In this document: piece after piece, positions 1 to 13,400 of the stretch
Position numbering within the stretch: the stretch's first letter is position 1
Layout: the number at the start of each line of letters is the position of its first letter
DNA from: Octopus vulgaris
Lineage: Eukaryota
Assembly (NCBI GenBank): GCA_951406725.2
Contig: OX597824.1
Location: forward strand, 32,612,001 to 32,676,000
Length of the DNA stretch: 64,000 bases
Direction: 5' to 3'
Made by a program: the position numbers and the translations under genes
The notes under the pieces: generated by a model
Database searches by the model: none
What the model saw: only the letters and a program-made list of their open reading frames with translations
What the model was told of the DNA's origin: nothing

Positions 1-3000
1 GTGTGTGTGTGTGTGTGTGTCCGTATGTGTGTACCAAGAACAGAAATGGTAATTTGTTGAATTGTACTATATTATACACTCAATGATGTGTTTTTTTCTT
101 CAAATAATAGTTTTTAAATATAAGAAAACTTTCAATAGAACAAATTACAAAGAAATATATAGTAAGCAAGAGAAAGAGAGGGAGAGAGAAAGAGTAGGAG
201 AAAGTAGGGGAAGAAGAAAAAGTGAAAGAAGAAAAAGAGAAAATGGTGAAAAGACAAGAAATGTTTTCTTTTCTTCATGCATCATGGAATGGTATATAAT
301 AAATATATTTTATGTAGAAAGGCAAAAAAAAAAAATGAAAAAAAAAATGAAGAGACCTTAAAAAAATGAAAATTTAAAAGAAAATTAAGAATAGTTGCAA
401 CTGAATATACAGATGGACAATGTTTGCAGAAAATATGTAATAATCAGATCAGAGAAATGGTAAGAAGGAATGCAAGTTCATACAGAGAAAGACACAATAC
501 AAACACAATAGATGGCAAAAAGCAATAAAAATGAAGTTGTTTTAGGAGTGTAGCCAATATATATATATATATGTAAAAATATGAAATGTTTAAATATGGG
601 AAAATTGGAGGGCAGAGAAAATGGTATATAATATTTAGAAGAAATCAGCAGCTGCACAAACATCACCTAGAAAATGACAGAAATTCAAAATTTGAAATAA
701 AAATTAGAATATTTAATGCCAAACAGCCCTCCTTAACTTTCCTTGTTTACACCCCAATTAGAATAAACTGAAATTTAAAAAATAATAATAATAATAATAA
801 AATGATAGTTTGAGACAGAAAGGAAGATTGGAATGTTTACAAGGAGACTGAAAGCAAACAGCAGAAGATAGAAAAGAAGGGTTTTAAAATGCAATGAAGC
901 CGACAGACTAAACATGCAAAACCGAGAACAGCTTACTGTACCAGACTGGCGACTTTTATCTACAAATAAAAAAGAATTAAAGAATACATTTATAATATTT
1001 CCAAAGTAGAACTGAACCACTAAAATATTTATAGAATGATAGAGGTGTTAAAAGAAGTAAAATTGATTTTTAAGCAGATTTTATAGACACACACATATAT
1101 GTATACATACTCATATATATATGTGGATATATATACACACACACATATATGTGTATTTATATATATATATATATGTATGTTTTGATTATATATAGGTCAT
1201 TAAATAATTAAGGTAGTGGAAGCAACCCAAAGTTAAATAGGATTCTAAGAATATAAAGAATTTTTAGTGGATCCCAAACTAATTTTATTTGAGTTAGAAC
1301 AACAATTATAAATTAGGTAGTTTAGATAAGTTTTATATTTAAATCTTTCTTTGTAGTTTTGTATTCAATTGCGTTAAGGTTTTGGTATAAAGAATGCATT
1401 AGACATTTTATGTGATACAGAGTTATATTTTAACACTGGACTTCACCTCACAAATAATGAAATCTCCAGCTGACCAATGGAAAACAGCTATTTTGTATAC
1501 ATTGTTACTGCTTTGAAGTGTTTGTTGGTAAGAGCAGTCACAAAAAGAAGATCATGGGTTGCATGGTTGACTCAGTGCAACTAGTTACAATATAACTTCT
1601 ACTATCTAGAAAATATATGTACTAGAGATGAGCCTAAGGGGAGAAATACTGGTTTATGTGAGAAAACTTGTGTTGAAAATATAGTTTTCTCTCCATATAC
1701 AAAAGGTAAAATACATAATGTATTACATGCAATGATGAATGCTTGTAGAACATGAATAATGAATGCAGAAGACAAGAAGATCTGCAGTGACTAGAGAGGA
1801 ATGTGTTAAGTGGACTATTGATTTATGCAGAGCTAATTGATAAGAAATCCTGAGCATAAATGAGTTTAAATATCAGATGAAAGCTGGAGGTATTGGTCTG
1901 CACTGGTTTGAACATAATGGACATGTTAATGGATGTGAAACAAAATGCTGAGAGTTGACAGTGTAGAGTACACACTGTAAATGTAGACCAAGATAGACTT
2001 GGGAAGAATTTTTTAGAGAAGATTAGTAAAACGTTAGACTGCAGTATGCTTAGGTCATTGCCCTTCCCTCATCTTGATACAAATCTGCAGCGAAATTTAT
2101 TGTATAAATAAAAGTTTATGGGAAATAAATTACAGTGAGAGAAAGTATACAGAGGCCATAACTATGTATCCTTTACTGACCATAGTATTTAATTCTACAT
2201 TCTTTCTTTCCAAAGGACAAGTGTCCAAAATGGTGGATTTTCCACTCTTCATGTCAAATCAAATTCACTGTAATTTATTTACTTTTTTTCCTACAAACTT
2301 TTATGGATTAACTATTGGCACTGCAGATATGCACCATTTCTTTTGGATTCCAGATCTTACCTTGTTGTTGAAGAGCATGGTCAGAAATACAATATCAGTC
2401 AGCAGTAAGATTAAACTTATGGTTGTGAAGTCGCTACCTCCAGATATGTAAAACATGAGTGATGGGAACCCTAATATTACTATTGTGAAACAAAACTGAA
2501 TATTCTTTAACTATTATAACATGCCTTAACATTGAATATTCTTTTGTATACCAAAACTGTTTGGTATTCATGGCACCTGATATTTTGTGTGTGCACCCCC
2601 ACCACATATGACAAGTATAGTTATTTTCACTAAATGTAGAACTATCTTAAATTAAACTAGATTAAAATAACAGAATGATAACTGGATTCTGAAGATAAAT
2701 CCAATGAAAAACCTTTTTCACATGTTATGCTTCTAATGGATCTAACACAATAGCCCTTAATAAAACAGTCTTTGTGTAATGCTAGTTTTTCATGGCTACT
2801 TCAGTAGACTATTACACATTTGCAGGTGATTCTCTTATGTATGTAAAGTGAGGCCTGTACTTCATTGAAGTTCTTTACTAAGATTGGAACATGTTCAAAT
2901 TTGACTCTCTTTCGTACTTGCCAAAATAAAAACTATCAGTCACTGAGCTAATGTTGTCTTTTCCTTACCACATAAGTATTTCTAATTAGATTTTTCATAG

Positions 3001-4742
3001 GCCTGCATAAGTGGTTCATATTGGCTATGAAAAATAAATGGATGATTATTAACAAAAAATAGACAATGTTCGTTTACATTTCATAGCTATGAGAAAAAAA
3101 TAGAAAATGAAAAGAATCAATGTCGCTTAAAAAAATATAAAGGCTATCGTTAGAAAACAGTTAAAATGATTAACATATTTCAGCTCAAGAAACATAGTCT
3201 ATGCAATATTGAAACAAGAACAAAATATTCACAGTAAATAATGTTCTTTTATTTATTAAAAAAAAGTCATATTAGAAATATACTTTTAAAAAGGAGAATA
3301 AAAAAACATCTATTCTTACTTCTATATTTTTAAAAACATAAGTTATAGAACTCTAGGTGGGTGTTATATAGTATTCCAAAAATTATAAAATCTGAAGCAA
3401 TATAATATTCTGCAAATTATTAAATATCTTTAGCATGTTCTAATGGAATATCAACTACAGTAAATTATTTCTATCTATATATATTATAATAAAGAAAGCT
3501 GCTTATTAATTTGTTTGTAGTATGTAGCTATTGTTAAATAAAGCAATTATTAAAATCTACACTGTCAGGAAAATTCTGAAAAATTCCAATTTTAGTACAT
3601 TTTTTATCAAAATGTTGTTTTAAAGATATTGTAGATTTCAACTACAGAAATGTAATTTTACTTCTCTGAGATAATAATACATAAAAATGATAGTTCCCAT
3701 ATCCATTAATCATACTTCCACGTTCTAATACTGGGACAATATTGTGGTATAAAGATTCTTGTTGTAAGTCAAAAAGTGATTCAGACCAACCATATTTATT
3801 TAGCACTTCTAGATTGGGTAACATTCATGCTATCACCACTATTTTCATTGTCCAACCATAATTTTAAAACTACCATCTACACTGGCAATGCCTAATTATC
3901 AAATCTTGGCTACTAAACTTTATTTCAAACTACTCACTTTAGAACTGTTTTGACTCACTTTAGAATTTGACTCACTTTACAACTGTTAATTTCCTTGGTA
4001 ATTGAAAAGACTTAATAAATTATTTCACTTATAGAGAACTTTTAATGTTAACAAGAACCTGGATTGATTGAGTTAATTGAATGCGAAGACGATTAGCTCA
4101 GAGATCAGTAATTCCTACTCAAGTAGCAGAGCTATGTAGTGTTAGGGAACCAAAATATTTAATTCTTGATAGCTGAGTTCTAACTAGGTGCTACTGTAAA
4201 CAGCAGCTATGCTATGGAAGTGAAGCCTGATTCATTTATTAGCTTGTTAGGGAAAGGTACTTAAGATAGCTCAGTACCCTATCCAGTGAAAAATATGCTT
4301 CTCAATTACTTACGAGAGCATAAAGCAGCTTGATGAATCAAACTGCCTTTTAACTGATAATCAATAAACTCATTGTGGTTGATTCATAATGGATATTATA
4401 TCACAGTAAATATATTACTTGCATTGTCATCAACAGGTAAATACATTGCAAGGTAATTCCTTTGTCACTAATTCATTGCCACTAAATCTATTATCAGGTT
4501 TTTATTAAGAGATTAAATATATCACCAAACATTATTTGGATATTATATTTATACATTATTTATACAGTTTTTTATTAATTATTTTACAAAGTGTAAGTGG
4601 ATGAGTGAATGTGTTTGCGTGTGTATGTGTATGTAACCTTGCCTTGACACCATTGGATGGTTGCAAAATGAGCATCACCATCACACAATTGATATTTTTC
4701 TTTTTCCAATCTTCCATGGAAAAGATACCTGGCTATGGGAAA

Positions 4743-4781
<39 letters not shown>

Positions 4782-4784
<3 letters not shown>

Positions 4785-5145
4785 TTCAGTCCCACTGCGT
4801 GGCATCTTGAGCAAGTGTCTTCTGCTATAGCCCCAGGCCGACCAATGCCTTGTGAGTGGATTTGGTAGACAGAAACTGAAAGAAGCCTGTCGTATATATG
4901 TATATATATATATGTATGTGTGTGTGTGTGTTTATGTGTCTGTGTTTGTTCCCCTAGCATTGCTTGACAACCGATGCTGGTGTGTTTACGTCCCCGTCAC
5001 TTAGCAGTTCGGCAAAAAGAGACCGATAGAATAAGTACTGGGCTTACAAAGAATAAGTCCTGGGGTCGATTTGCTCGACTAAAGGCGGTGCTCCAGCATG
5101 GCCGCAGTCAAATGACTGAAACAAGTAAAAGAGTAAAAGAGAGTA
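4782..5145 (+). mobile_element. tRNA-derived SINE family A (CORE-like body, internal TA/TG microsatellite), 5' truncated
   Basis: Box B-like ggttcagtcccac, CORE-like tcttgagcaagtgtctt, tail gaaacaagtaaaagagtaaaagag; many similar copies in the window. Confidence 0.85.
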
Positions 5146-5322
5146 AGAGTATACTTTATTTAAAAGCAGCAGAAATATAACAAAAGCTGTTACATGAACA
5201 CATGAAACTCTGAGTAACAGCTTTTGTTATATTTCTGCTACTTTTAAATAAAGCATATTACTCTACCTCTGGTATTTGAGTACTTTTTTTTCACCTTGTT
5301 TCACATTTATGTGCTTACTCCG
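5146..5322 (+). mobile_element. Fold-back element with partial hammerhead motif (Penelope-like terminus)
   Basis: ~48-bp inverted arms 5146-5193 / 5214-5264; GAAAC-TCTGA-GTA at 5204-5216; followed by (TA)n. Confidence 0.6.
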
Positions 5323-5344
5323 ATATATATATATATATATATAT

Positions 5345-6050
5345 ATAATGGCTGGAGATTCAATGGGCATGTTGGATGGCAGCCTGGTATCTTCCACGGT
5401 GTGCATGGGGGCCATGGATTTGGCTCTCAAAGCAAAGAGAGAACAAGGCTACTGAGGTTCTGTGATGCAAATAACCTTTTGATCTGCAACATGAACTTCA
5501 GGAGGCCAGCCAGCCACCTGATATCTACCAATCAGGTGCCTGTGCTAGCCAGATCGATTACATTTTTACCAGATAGTGGGATGCATGGTTGCTCCTAAAT
5601 ACAAAGACCCTCCCTTGTGAAGAATGTACCCCACCAAGTGCACCTGTTCTGGTGGCACCTTTTGAGAGTTGGGCCTCACAGAGGCAAAGTGGCTGAGTTC
5701 CTTTCGAGGGTTAGGCCTCTCAGAAGCAATGACTGAGACCTTTGGCATTATGTTGTGCTTAAGAAGACCCATCAAGCCGAGCAAAATTGCAGTTGTGGCA
5801 GATACCAGTGTCATGCAAATTGACACCCCTACCAGTGAAATGTAAAAATATCATGCAAATAGCACCTGTGCCGGTGGCATGTAAAAGCACCCATTACACT
5901 CTCGGAGTGGTTGACATTAAGAAGGGTTTCCAGCCATAGAAAACTATGCCAAATCAGACTGGAGTTTGGTGCAGCTTTCCAGCATGCCAGCCTGGTCAAA
6001 CCGTCCAACCCATGCCAGCATAGACAATGGATAGTAAATGTTAATAATGA
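5345..6050 (+). mobile_element. RTE-clade LINE relic: AP-endonuclease fragment joined to the 3' end
   Basis: GDFNGHVG...HGVHGGHGFG...RLLRFCDANNLLICN, then the shared RTE 3' tail (gtcaaaccgtccaacccatgccagcat...taatgataat). Confidence 0.8.
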
Positions 6051-7147
6051 TAATATATATGTGTGTATATTGGTGTCTGTGTTCGTCCCCCCCCCCACCG
6101 ACTCCCCATCGCTTGATAATTGGTGTTGGTTTGTTTACATTCCTAAAGGCTAATAGAAAGGCTAATAGAAGCACCAGACTTAAAAGGTAAGTACTGGGGG
6201 TTGATTTGTTTGACTAAACCCATTGAGGGAGGGCACCAGCATGGCCACAGTTCAATGACCGAAACAAGTAAACGATAAACGAGAAATAATCAAAATATAT
6301 TTATCTCTAAATTTATTTATTTATTTTTTAAAAATTTGATCGACTTTTTTTAATGCAACCTATTTATTCTAAGAAAACAAAAAATAAAACAAAACAACTT
6401 AAGAGAAATTGCCTAATGATATAGTTATTCACAGTGGAATTACCTTGGAATAGATTTACCAGGTGACGAAATTACAAAATAATATATTTACCATGATATA
6501 ATTACTCCCAGTAAATTTATCATGATGGATTTTCTGTAAATCCCTTAACTTGTGAAAGCTAACATGACTTTCTTGATGTACTTTATATCGACCCTTCAGT
6601 TATGTATAATTAATTTTGTCCTGCAAATATTCGTTGTTGAAGTATTTATTGGTTATATGTATGTTCTAATAATTATGAATTATTTACGTTTGAACAAATG
6701 AGAAACCAGCAATGTATACTAGCTCCAAGGATATTTGAGAATTAAAGAAGCATTAGCTTTTGGAATAATACTGTCATCTAACCATTATTATTCCTGTTTT
6801 TGTGTTGAAAAATACATCCTTTGTTTAAATTAATTTTGAAAATAATGAATTTATTGAAATAAATTTATTCTTATTAAGCTAGGGTTTGAAATGAAAATTA
6901 GCATGAAATTTGGACGAGAAATTTTAATTCAGATCACTTAAAAATATGGAATTTGTATCATAGAACCAAGGGTGGTTTTTGGATTGGTTGTTATCAAAAG
7001 GGTTAAAAAGGGTTCTAATTAAATGACAACTCTCTAAATCTATGAAGATGATAAATGACAATGCATGAAGTTGTATGCTTGTTGCCTTATTTATTTCTTG
7101 AAGGAAATTAAAGTCAAAATTGCCCACAATTTTATTTTAGTTTTTAA

Positions 7148-7234
7148 AATTTATAATCTAGATTAATTATAATCTAGATTAAATTTATTATCTAGATTAA
7201 TTATAATCTAGATTAAATTTATAATCTAGATTAA
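7148..7234. repeat. Tandem array of a palindromic unit (TAATCTAGATTA x5)
   Basis: Five copies (one with a mismatch) separated by alternating short spacers. Confidence 0.9.
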
Positions 7235-7528
7235 TAGGTTGAGGCCACTGTCAAATCTAGGTTTATGATCAGAGAGTTCTTAAGAGGAATGTCATTCAAA
7301 AGCAGAAGAGTGGGTGTGATAGTTTCATAGAGTGAAAGGTTCCTGTAGGAAAGAAAAGATAAATAGGAAAATATTTGAAAGTTGATCAAATGTAATAGAA
7401 AAGGAAAAGTGAGATACAGAAAGAAAAATAGGAATGAATGAACAAAAGGTGGTTTAATTTAGAAGAAAGAAAGATATAGATAATAAAGCAATGAACTTTG
7501 AAGTAAAAAAATATAAAGAATATTTTAC

Positions 7529-7604
7529 CTTCAGCCATTTCTTGTAAGCCGACGTCGAATGCCAGTTTGTCATTTGATGAACTAGTTGAGAGACAAGACA
7601 GATA
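7529..7604 (-). CDS. RyR: Ryanodine receptor exon (equivalent to RYR1 exon 5)
   Basis: tttttctcccccag|TATCTG...GCTGAAG|gtaaaa; 76 nt, phase 0-1; [26 protein letters not shown] matches RyR YLSCL...[11 protein letters not shown]. Confidence 0.97.
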
Positions 7605-7856
7605 CTGGGGGAGAAAAATAGGAAATTTTTTAGTATATAATAATAATAATAATAATAATAACAGTAAAGATAGTGATAATAATAATGGTTTCAAATTTTG
7701 GTACAAAGACATAAGTTTCAGGGAAGTGGCTAAGGTGATTAAATAAAAGACAAAGTCAGCCTCAGCAAAATTTGAACTCAAAATGTGAAGACAGCTGAAA
7801 TGTCACAAAGCATGTCGCCCAGAGTACAAACAATTCTGCCAGTTTGCTGCCTTGAT

Positions 7857-8211
7857 AATAAGTACCAATCTTGGCTTTGTTTATGTACCTGTAACTTAGT
7901 GGTTTGGTTAAAGGGTCTGATGGAATAAGTGCCAGACTTGAAAATAAACATTAGGGATGATTTGTTTGACCAAACTTTCAAGGCAGTGCCCCAGCAAGGC
8001 CATAGTCCAAGTACTGCTTATTCAAGTAAACTTGAATAAGTACCAATCTTGGTTTTGTTTATGTACCTGTAACTTAGTGGTTTGATTAAAGGGTCTGATA
8101 GAATAAGTGCCAGACTTGAAAATAAGCACTAGGGATGATTTGTTTGATCAAACCTTCAAGGCAGTGCCCCAGCAAGGCCGTAGTCCAAGTACTGCTTATT
8201 CAAGTAAACTT
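7857..8211 (+). repeat. 178-bp direct tandem duplication of a SINE A 3' half
   Basis: aataagtaccaatcttgg...caagtaaactt starts at 7857 and again at 8035. Confidence 0.9.
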
Positions 8212-8324
8212 CATTCTGTAGATGACTCTTGCAAACTACAATAACTAATGTAGTCCAGGGCATATCTGAAAACCAGTTGCAAAATGTATTTCTTGAACTT
8301 CAGAACAAACAATTGTTATCTTTT

Positions 8325-9045
8325 ATCTTTTACTGTTTTTAGTCATTTGATTGTGGCCATGCTGGAACACCACCTTAAAGAATCTTAGTTGAATGAATTG
8401 ACCCCCAGTACTTATATTTATTGAAGCCTCATATTTATTCTGTTGATTCCTTTTGCTGATGCTATGCTACTGGGATGTAAACATACCAACACTGATTGCC
8501 AAGCAGTGGTGGAGAATAAACACAGACACAAATCACACACACACACAAAGGGTAAAGACCCTCTTCGGCCATGAATGACCCTGGGATTGCACCTAGAAAG
8601 TTCCCTTCCGAGGCACAAGTCTATGCAAGGTTGTTTATGGAAGACCAGCAGTTGTCCATACATACAAGTCTCCCCTCTCTGTGTCACATATTTTATCCAA
8701 GGGCAAAGCAAATGCCAATGCAGCTTGGAATCAGTGACGTTGCAATTCATTTCTACAACTGAGTGAACTGGAGCAACATAATTTAAAGGATCTTGCTCAA
8801 GAACACAACACACAACCCAGTCTAGGAATCAAACTCACCACCTCGTGATGGCAAATCTGATGCTCTAATCACTGAGTCATCCTTCACACACACACACACA
8901 CACACACACACAGATGGGCTTCTTTCAGTTTCCATCTACCAAATTCACTCACAAAACTTTGGTTGACCCAAGGCTTCCACACAATAGGATTGAACCCAGG
9001 ATCATGTGGTTGAGAAGCAAACTTCTTACCACACAGCCATGCCTG
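8325..9045 (-). mobile_element. SINE A with another tRNA-SINE nested in its (CA)n tract (~8548-8885)
   Basis: SINE A tail and head are separated by a different SINE flanked by CA repeats. Confidence 0.75.
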
Positions 9046-9947
9046 TACTTAGTTGTGTACATATTAAAAATAAGCAATCTCAAGAATAAATCTATTTATA
9101 AATGTAATAAATTATTTCAATTATTCTTTTTATAGATTAATTCTGTTTCACATAAAGATCTGGAGTTACATAAATTTAAAACTGTTCAAGGATTTAATAT
9201 GATTATGCATAGGAACTAACATTGATTGATAAAAATATGTTTTGTTTTGCTTTCTTTAGCAGATTTTTTTTCCATGCTCATTCATTCCCTTCACTGCGTT
9301 GAGAAAATTTATAGCATAGTGATATATATCTAGTCAAAGCTATAACTGAATTCAAATGTTTTGGCATCTTACAATGAATTGAAGGGTCATTATCTATGAC
9401 AAGAATCTCTAATATATCAGTATACTGTAAGCAAATATCGATTTCTCAAGAGTATAATTAGAATCTGTAGATCTTGTTGAACTTGACTAATCTGCTTCTA
9501 CAAATCTAGATAAACAATCTGGCACAGATCAGAATTCAATGTTCTTTAAAATAAACAACTTGTTCCCAGTTCTTTTATTGGCGTCTGCCTGGTTTTTCAT
9601 TTAGTAGGAATGATTCTTTTACATTTGACATTGGTTTTAATACCTTGTTCTCCTCCTTGAAACAACTTCATTTGTTTGCTTGTTAGGTTCTGGTCAACAA
9701 ACTTGCCATGTTTTACAACTCCTCATTTCTCAGATGTAGTTTCTCTAATCATGCTTTTTCTTAATTACCAAATTCTTCCTGCCATGATTATACAGTCCTG
9801 TATTCAGTCATAATGTATTGAGAATTGCAATATCAAGTATGTTCTAGTTTTGGAGGGAGAGTTAACTGTTATTTCGAGTAGTTTAACTGACCTCATAGGT
9901 GCTACTTTATTGATTCATCACGAAATATTTCAATGTAATAATAATAA

Positions 9948-10160
9948 AGGTTTCAAATTTTGGCCCAAGGCCAGCAAGTTTCGGGGAGGGAGCTAGTCAA
10001 TTATAACAACCCCAGTGCTCAACTGGTACTTATTTTATCGACCCCCAAAAGGATAAAAGGCAGAGTCAACCTCAGCAGAAATTGAACTCAGAACATAAAG
10101 ATGAGCAAATGCCACTAAGAATTTTTCCCAGTGTGCTAATGATTCTGCCAGCTCACTTGT
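9948..10160 (-). mobile_element. tRNA-derived SINE family B
   Basis: Reverse complement of gagctggcagaatc...gttctgagttcaa...cctttt(c)atccttt..gggtcgataaaataagtaccag...ggccttg..ccaaaatttgaaacc. Confidence 0.85.
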
Positions 10161-10394
10161 TTGTAATGGTAATAATAAACTAAAGTAGTAGAGGTGGTCT
10201 TCAGGAAATGCTTCTTGTCTTCACAAACCTTCATGGAAGACATTTTAATTAATTTATGAAAAATGGTCTCATTCTAAGAATCTACAAACCAATTTTGTTT
10301 TTATTCACCTCAGTGTATTACTGGTAAATATGCCTAAAAAGATGAAAGGTAAAGGTAAGCCCAATGGAAATTGAATTTAAAGAATTGACCTAGG

Positions 10395-10765
10395 CTCTGG
10401 CATGGCTGTGTGGTTAGAAATTTCTTTCTCAACCACATAGTTCTGGGTTCAGTGCCACTGCATAGCACCTTGGGTAAGTGCCTTCTATTATGGCCTCAGG
10501 CTGACCTAAGTCTTGTGAAGGGATTTGGTAGACAAACTGAAAGAAGCCTGCTGTGTGTGTGTATACTTGTATGTGTACCTTTGTGTCTGTGTTTTTCTCC
10601 CACTACTGCATAACAATTGATGTTGGTGTTTTTGCATCAGTGCAACTTGGGCATTTGGCAAAAAGAGGCCTAAAGAATAGATACTGGGGTCAATTCATTT
10701 GGCTTAAATTTTTTGATGTGGTGCTCCAGCATGGCCACCATCTAATGACTGAAACAAATAAAATA
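10395..10765 (+). mobile_element. SINE family A, near full length
   Basis: Head ggcatggctgtgtggttag through tail gactgaaacaaataaa. Confidence 0.85.
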
Positions 10766-10766
10766 T

Positions 10767-10799
<33 letters not shown>

Positions 10800-11019
10800 A
10801 CATGGGTTTGTGTACATGTGTGTGTGTGCTTGTGTGTGTATTGGGTAATGTTTGTTTATCTGTTACACCAATCTTGTAATAGGATCACGTTACGGGTTTA
10901 AACAACAGCCATGAAAGTCACCATGGTAACACAGGATCAAACACTGCTTGGTTGTGTTGAGTACAGTGTGGTTGATGCTGTTGTTGTTGTTGATTACCTC
11001 CACATCAACCCTGATTATG

Positions 11020-11320
11020 CATCATCATCATCATCATCGTTTAACGTCCGCTTTCCATGCTAGCATGGGTTGGACGAATGACTGAGGGCTGGCGAACCAG
11101 ATGACTGCACCAGGCTCCAATCTGATCTGGCAGAGTTTCTACAGCTGGATGCCCTTCCTAACACCAACCACTCCGAGAGTGTAGTGGGTGCTTTTACGTG
11201 CTACCGACACGAGGGCAAGTCAGGTGGTACTGGCAATGGCTACGCTCAAATGGTGCTTTTTATGTGCCACCTGCACAGGAGCCAATCCAGCGGCACTGGC
11301 AGCAACCTCGCTCGAATGTT
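11020..11320 (-). mobile_element. RTE-LINE 3' end / RTE-tailed repeat ending in (GAT)n
   Basis: (CAT)n cgtttaacgtccgctttccatgctagcatggg...ggatgcccttcctaac; the same tail follows RTE ORF fragments elsewhere in the window. Confidence 0.8.
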
Positions 11321-11797
11321 TTTTATATTCATAATTTGATATATTCCAACTGTAGTAGTCCCATCTAGCCTATTTTTTTTTACATAGTGTACCTTGGACT
11401 ACAGTATTCAATACATCCTTTTTTTTTAAGATGCTATGGCATAATTTAAGGGATGTTTGACTGCTATTTCCAGCAGGTTGTGCAACTGCAGAGAGGTACT
11501 TCCAATTAATTTTAATCAGAGTGTTGTCCATTTGAAAGTTGAGGTTAGGATTTCAGTGAAGAGGTCATGATTTAGATTGGGATAGTAGAATAGTTATGAG
11601 GATTTTGACGATTCTTTGAATGGTTCCACTCTTTGGTATGGTTTTGGAGGAGCTCAACATGGAACTAGAGCTTAGAAAAGAAGTGAATTTCAAGCTATTT
11701 TTTGTGTGTGTATATGTTTGAGTATGTGTGTGCATATGCTTTTGTGTGTTAGAGCATGTGTGTTTGTGTGTGTTGCGTGTTTGAGTGTGTATGTATG

Positions 11798-11837
<40 letters not shown>

Positions 11838-12284
11838 TGTGTGACTGTGTGTGTTTATGTGCTTGTGTGTATTTATGTGTTTGTGTGTGTGTGTGTGCTT
11901 ATATGTGTAATGGTTTCGAAAAAATGGGTGAAATTGGATTTTAAATTGTATGGTACTATAATGTGAAATAATAGAATAGGAGCTAACATTATTGAAGCCA
12001 AAGAAACATCTTTTAATCAATTGATATTAATCATGTAATGGAGAGAAAAGCCATAGTTTTAATGATAACTCTTATCATGAGAGACAAGGAAGAGAACTTT
12101 AAAATTCAAATTGATTTCTAAAATTTGTCATATTTGCGTGGTCATAATACCAGTAACAAACATGTGTACTGGTTCAATTTCACATCTTTATTATAATTCA
12201 AAAAGAAATGAAACCAGTGCACATGTTTATTATTGGCATAACGACTCTCCCAAGAAACAACAAAATTTGTTTTGACATATGAAT

Positions 12285-13400
12285 TCATCATCATCATCAT
12301 TTAACGCTGTTCTCCATGTTTGAATGGGTTGGATGCTTTGACAGAAGCTGGCTAACTAGAGAGCTGCCTGGGCTCCATAAGGCCTGTTTTAGCATGGTTC
12401 CTACAGTTGGGTGCCCTTCTTAATGCCAACCATTTTACAGGGTATACTGGGTGCTTTTTTAATGTGGCACTGGCACAGGTACTTTACATGTAGTACTTTA
12501 CATGTGGTACTTTACACAGGCACTTTTACATGGCACCAGCATGGGTGCTTTTACATGGCACTGGCGCACACACATTTAGGTTTCATTGGCATGGGTGCTT
12601 TTATGTGGCATGGGTACTTTTACATAACACCAGCACACATGAGCCCACAAGACCAGGACTTCTCAGCTGAGAGAGGGACGTAGATGACAAGCCTGTATGT
12701 ATGGATGGTCACAATTCTACTTAGCTTGATGTGTCTTCTCAAGCACAGAAAACTGCTAGATGTCTTGGGCTCTTGTCATCTCTGAGGGCCAAAGTCTGAA
12801 GGTCCTTTCTTTCTACATGAAGAATCAGGTGAACCAAATACAAAAATGATTTTTATGATAAAAAAACTGGTACCATGTAAGAGAATTGGTGCTTGTGCCT
12901 TATAAAAATCACTGGTGATAGTGCCGCGTAAAAATCACTAGTGATGGAGCCATGTAGAAGGCACCAGTGCAGGTCCCACAAAAAAAGTACTGGTGCTGGT
13001 GCCACAAAAGAAAACACCTACACTGGTACTGGTTCTACACACACATACACACACACACACACAAAGTCCTGGTACTGGTGTCCCCCATAAAATGCTCCAC
13101 TGGTGCTGGTGCCATGCATAAAACACTGGTTCTGGTGCCACATAGAAAGCATTGGTCATGGTGCCATAAAAAGCATTGTTTCTGATGCCATATAAAAAGC
13201 ACTAGTGATGGTGCCATGTAAAAATCACTGGTACTGGTGCCACAAAGAAAGTACCCAGTACACTTTGTTGGCATCAGGAAGGGCTGCAGAAACCATGCCA
13301 AAACAGACTATGGAACCTAATGTAGTTCCTGGCCTTGCCAGCTCCTAACTATCCAAGCCATGCTAGCATGGAAAATGGATGTTTACAGATGATGATTATG
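12285..13400. mobile_element. Two oppositely oriented RTE 3' ends with internal minisatellite expansions
   Basis: Minus copy ~12285-12810, plus copy ~12860-13400 with many aaaa(g/t)cactggtgctggtgcca units. Confidence 0.75.

Noticed and set aside
2200-2450. Minus-strand segment with a donor-like aag|gtaaga
   Set aside because: No RyR similarity; at most a very old hAT-like remnant, too weak to call
1-7528. Next RyR exon (EACWWTIHP...)
   Set aside because: Not found on the minus strand
7386-7781. 131-aa ORF as a stand-alone gene (likewise 14244-14474)
   Set aside because: Only the splice-site-bounded RyR exon is coding; the rest is intron read-through
9480-9840. Possible piggyBac transposase C-terminal remnant on minus
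   Set aside because: Too many stops and frameshifts to support by eye
12860-13260. CRISPR-like repeat array
   Set aside because: Degenerate tandem units without unique spacers, inside an RTE tail, in eukaryotic DNA
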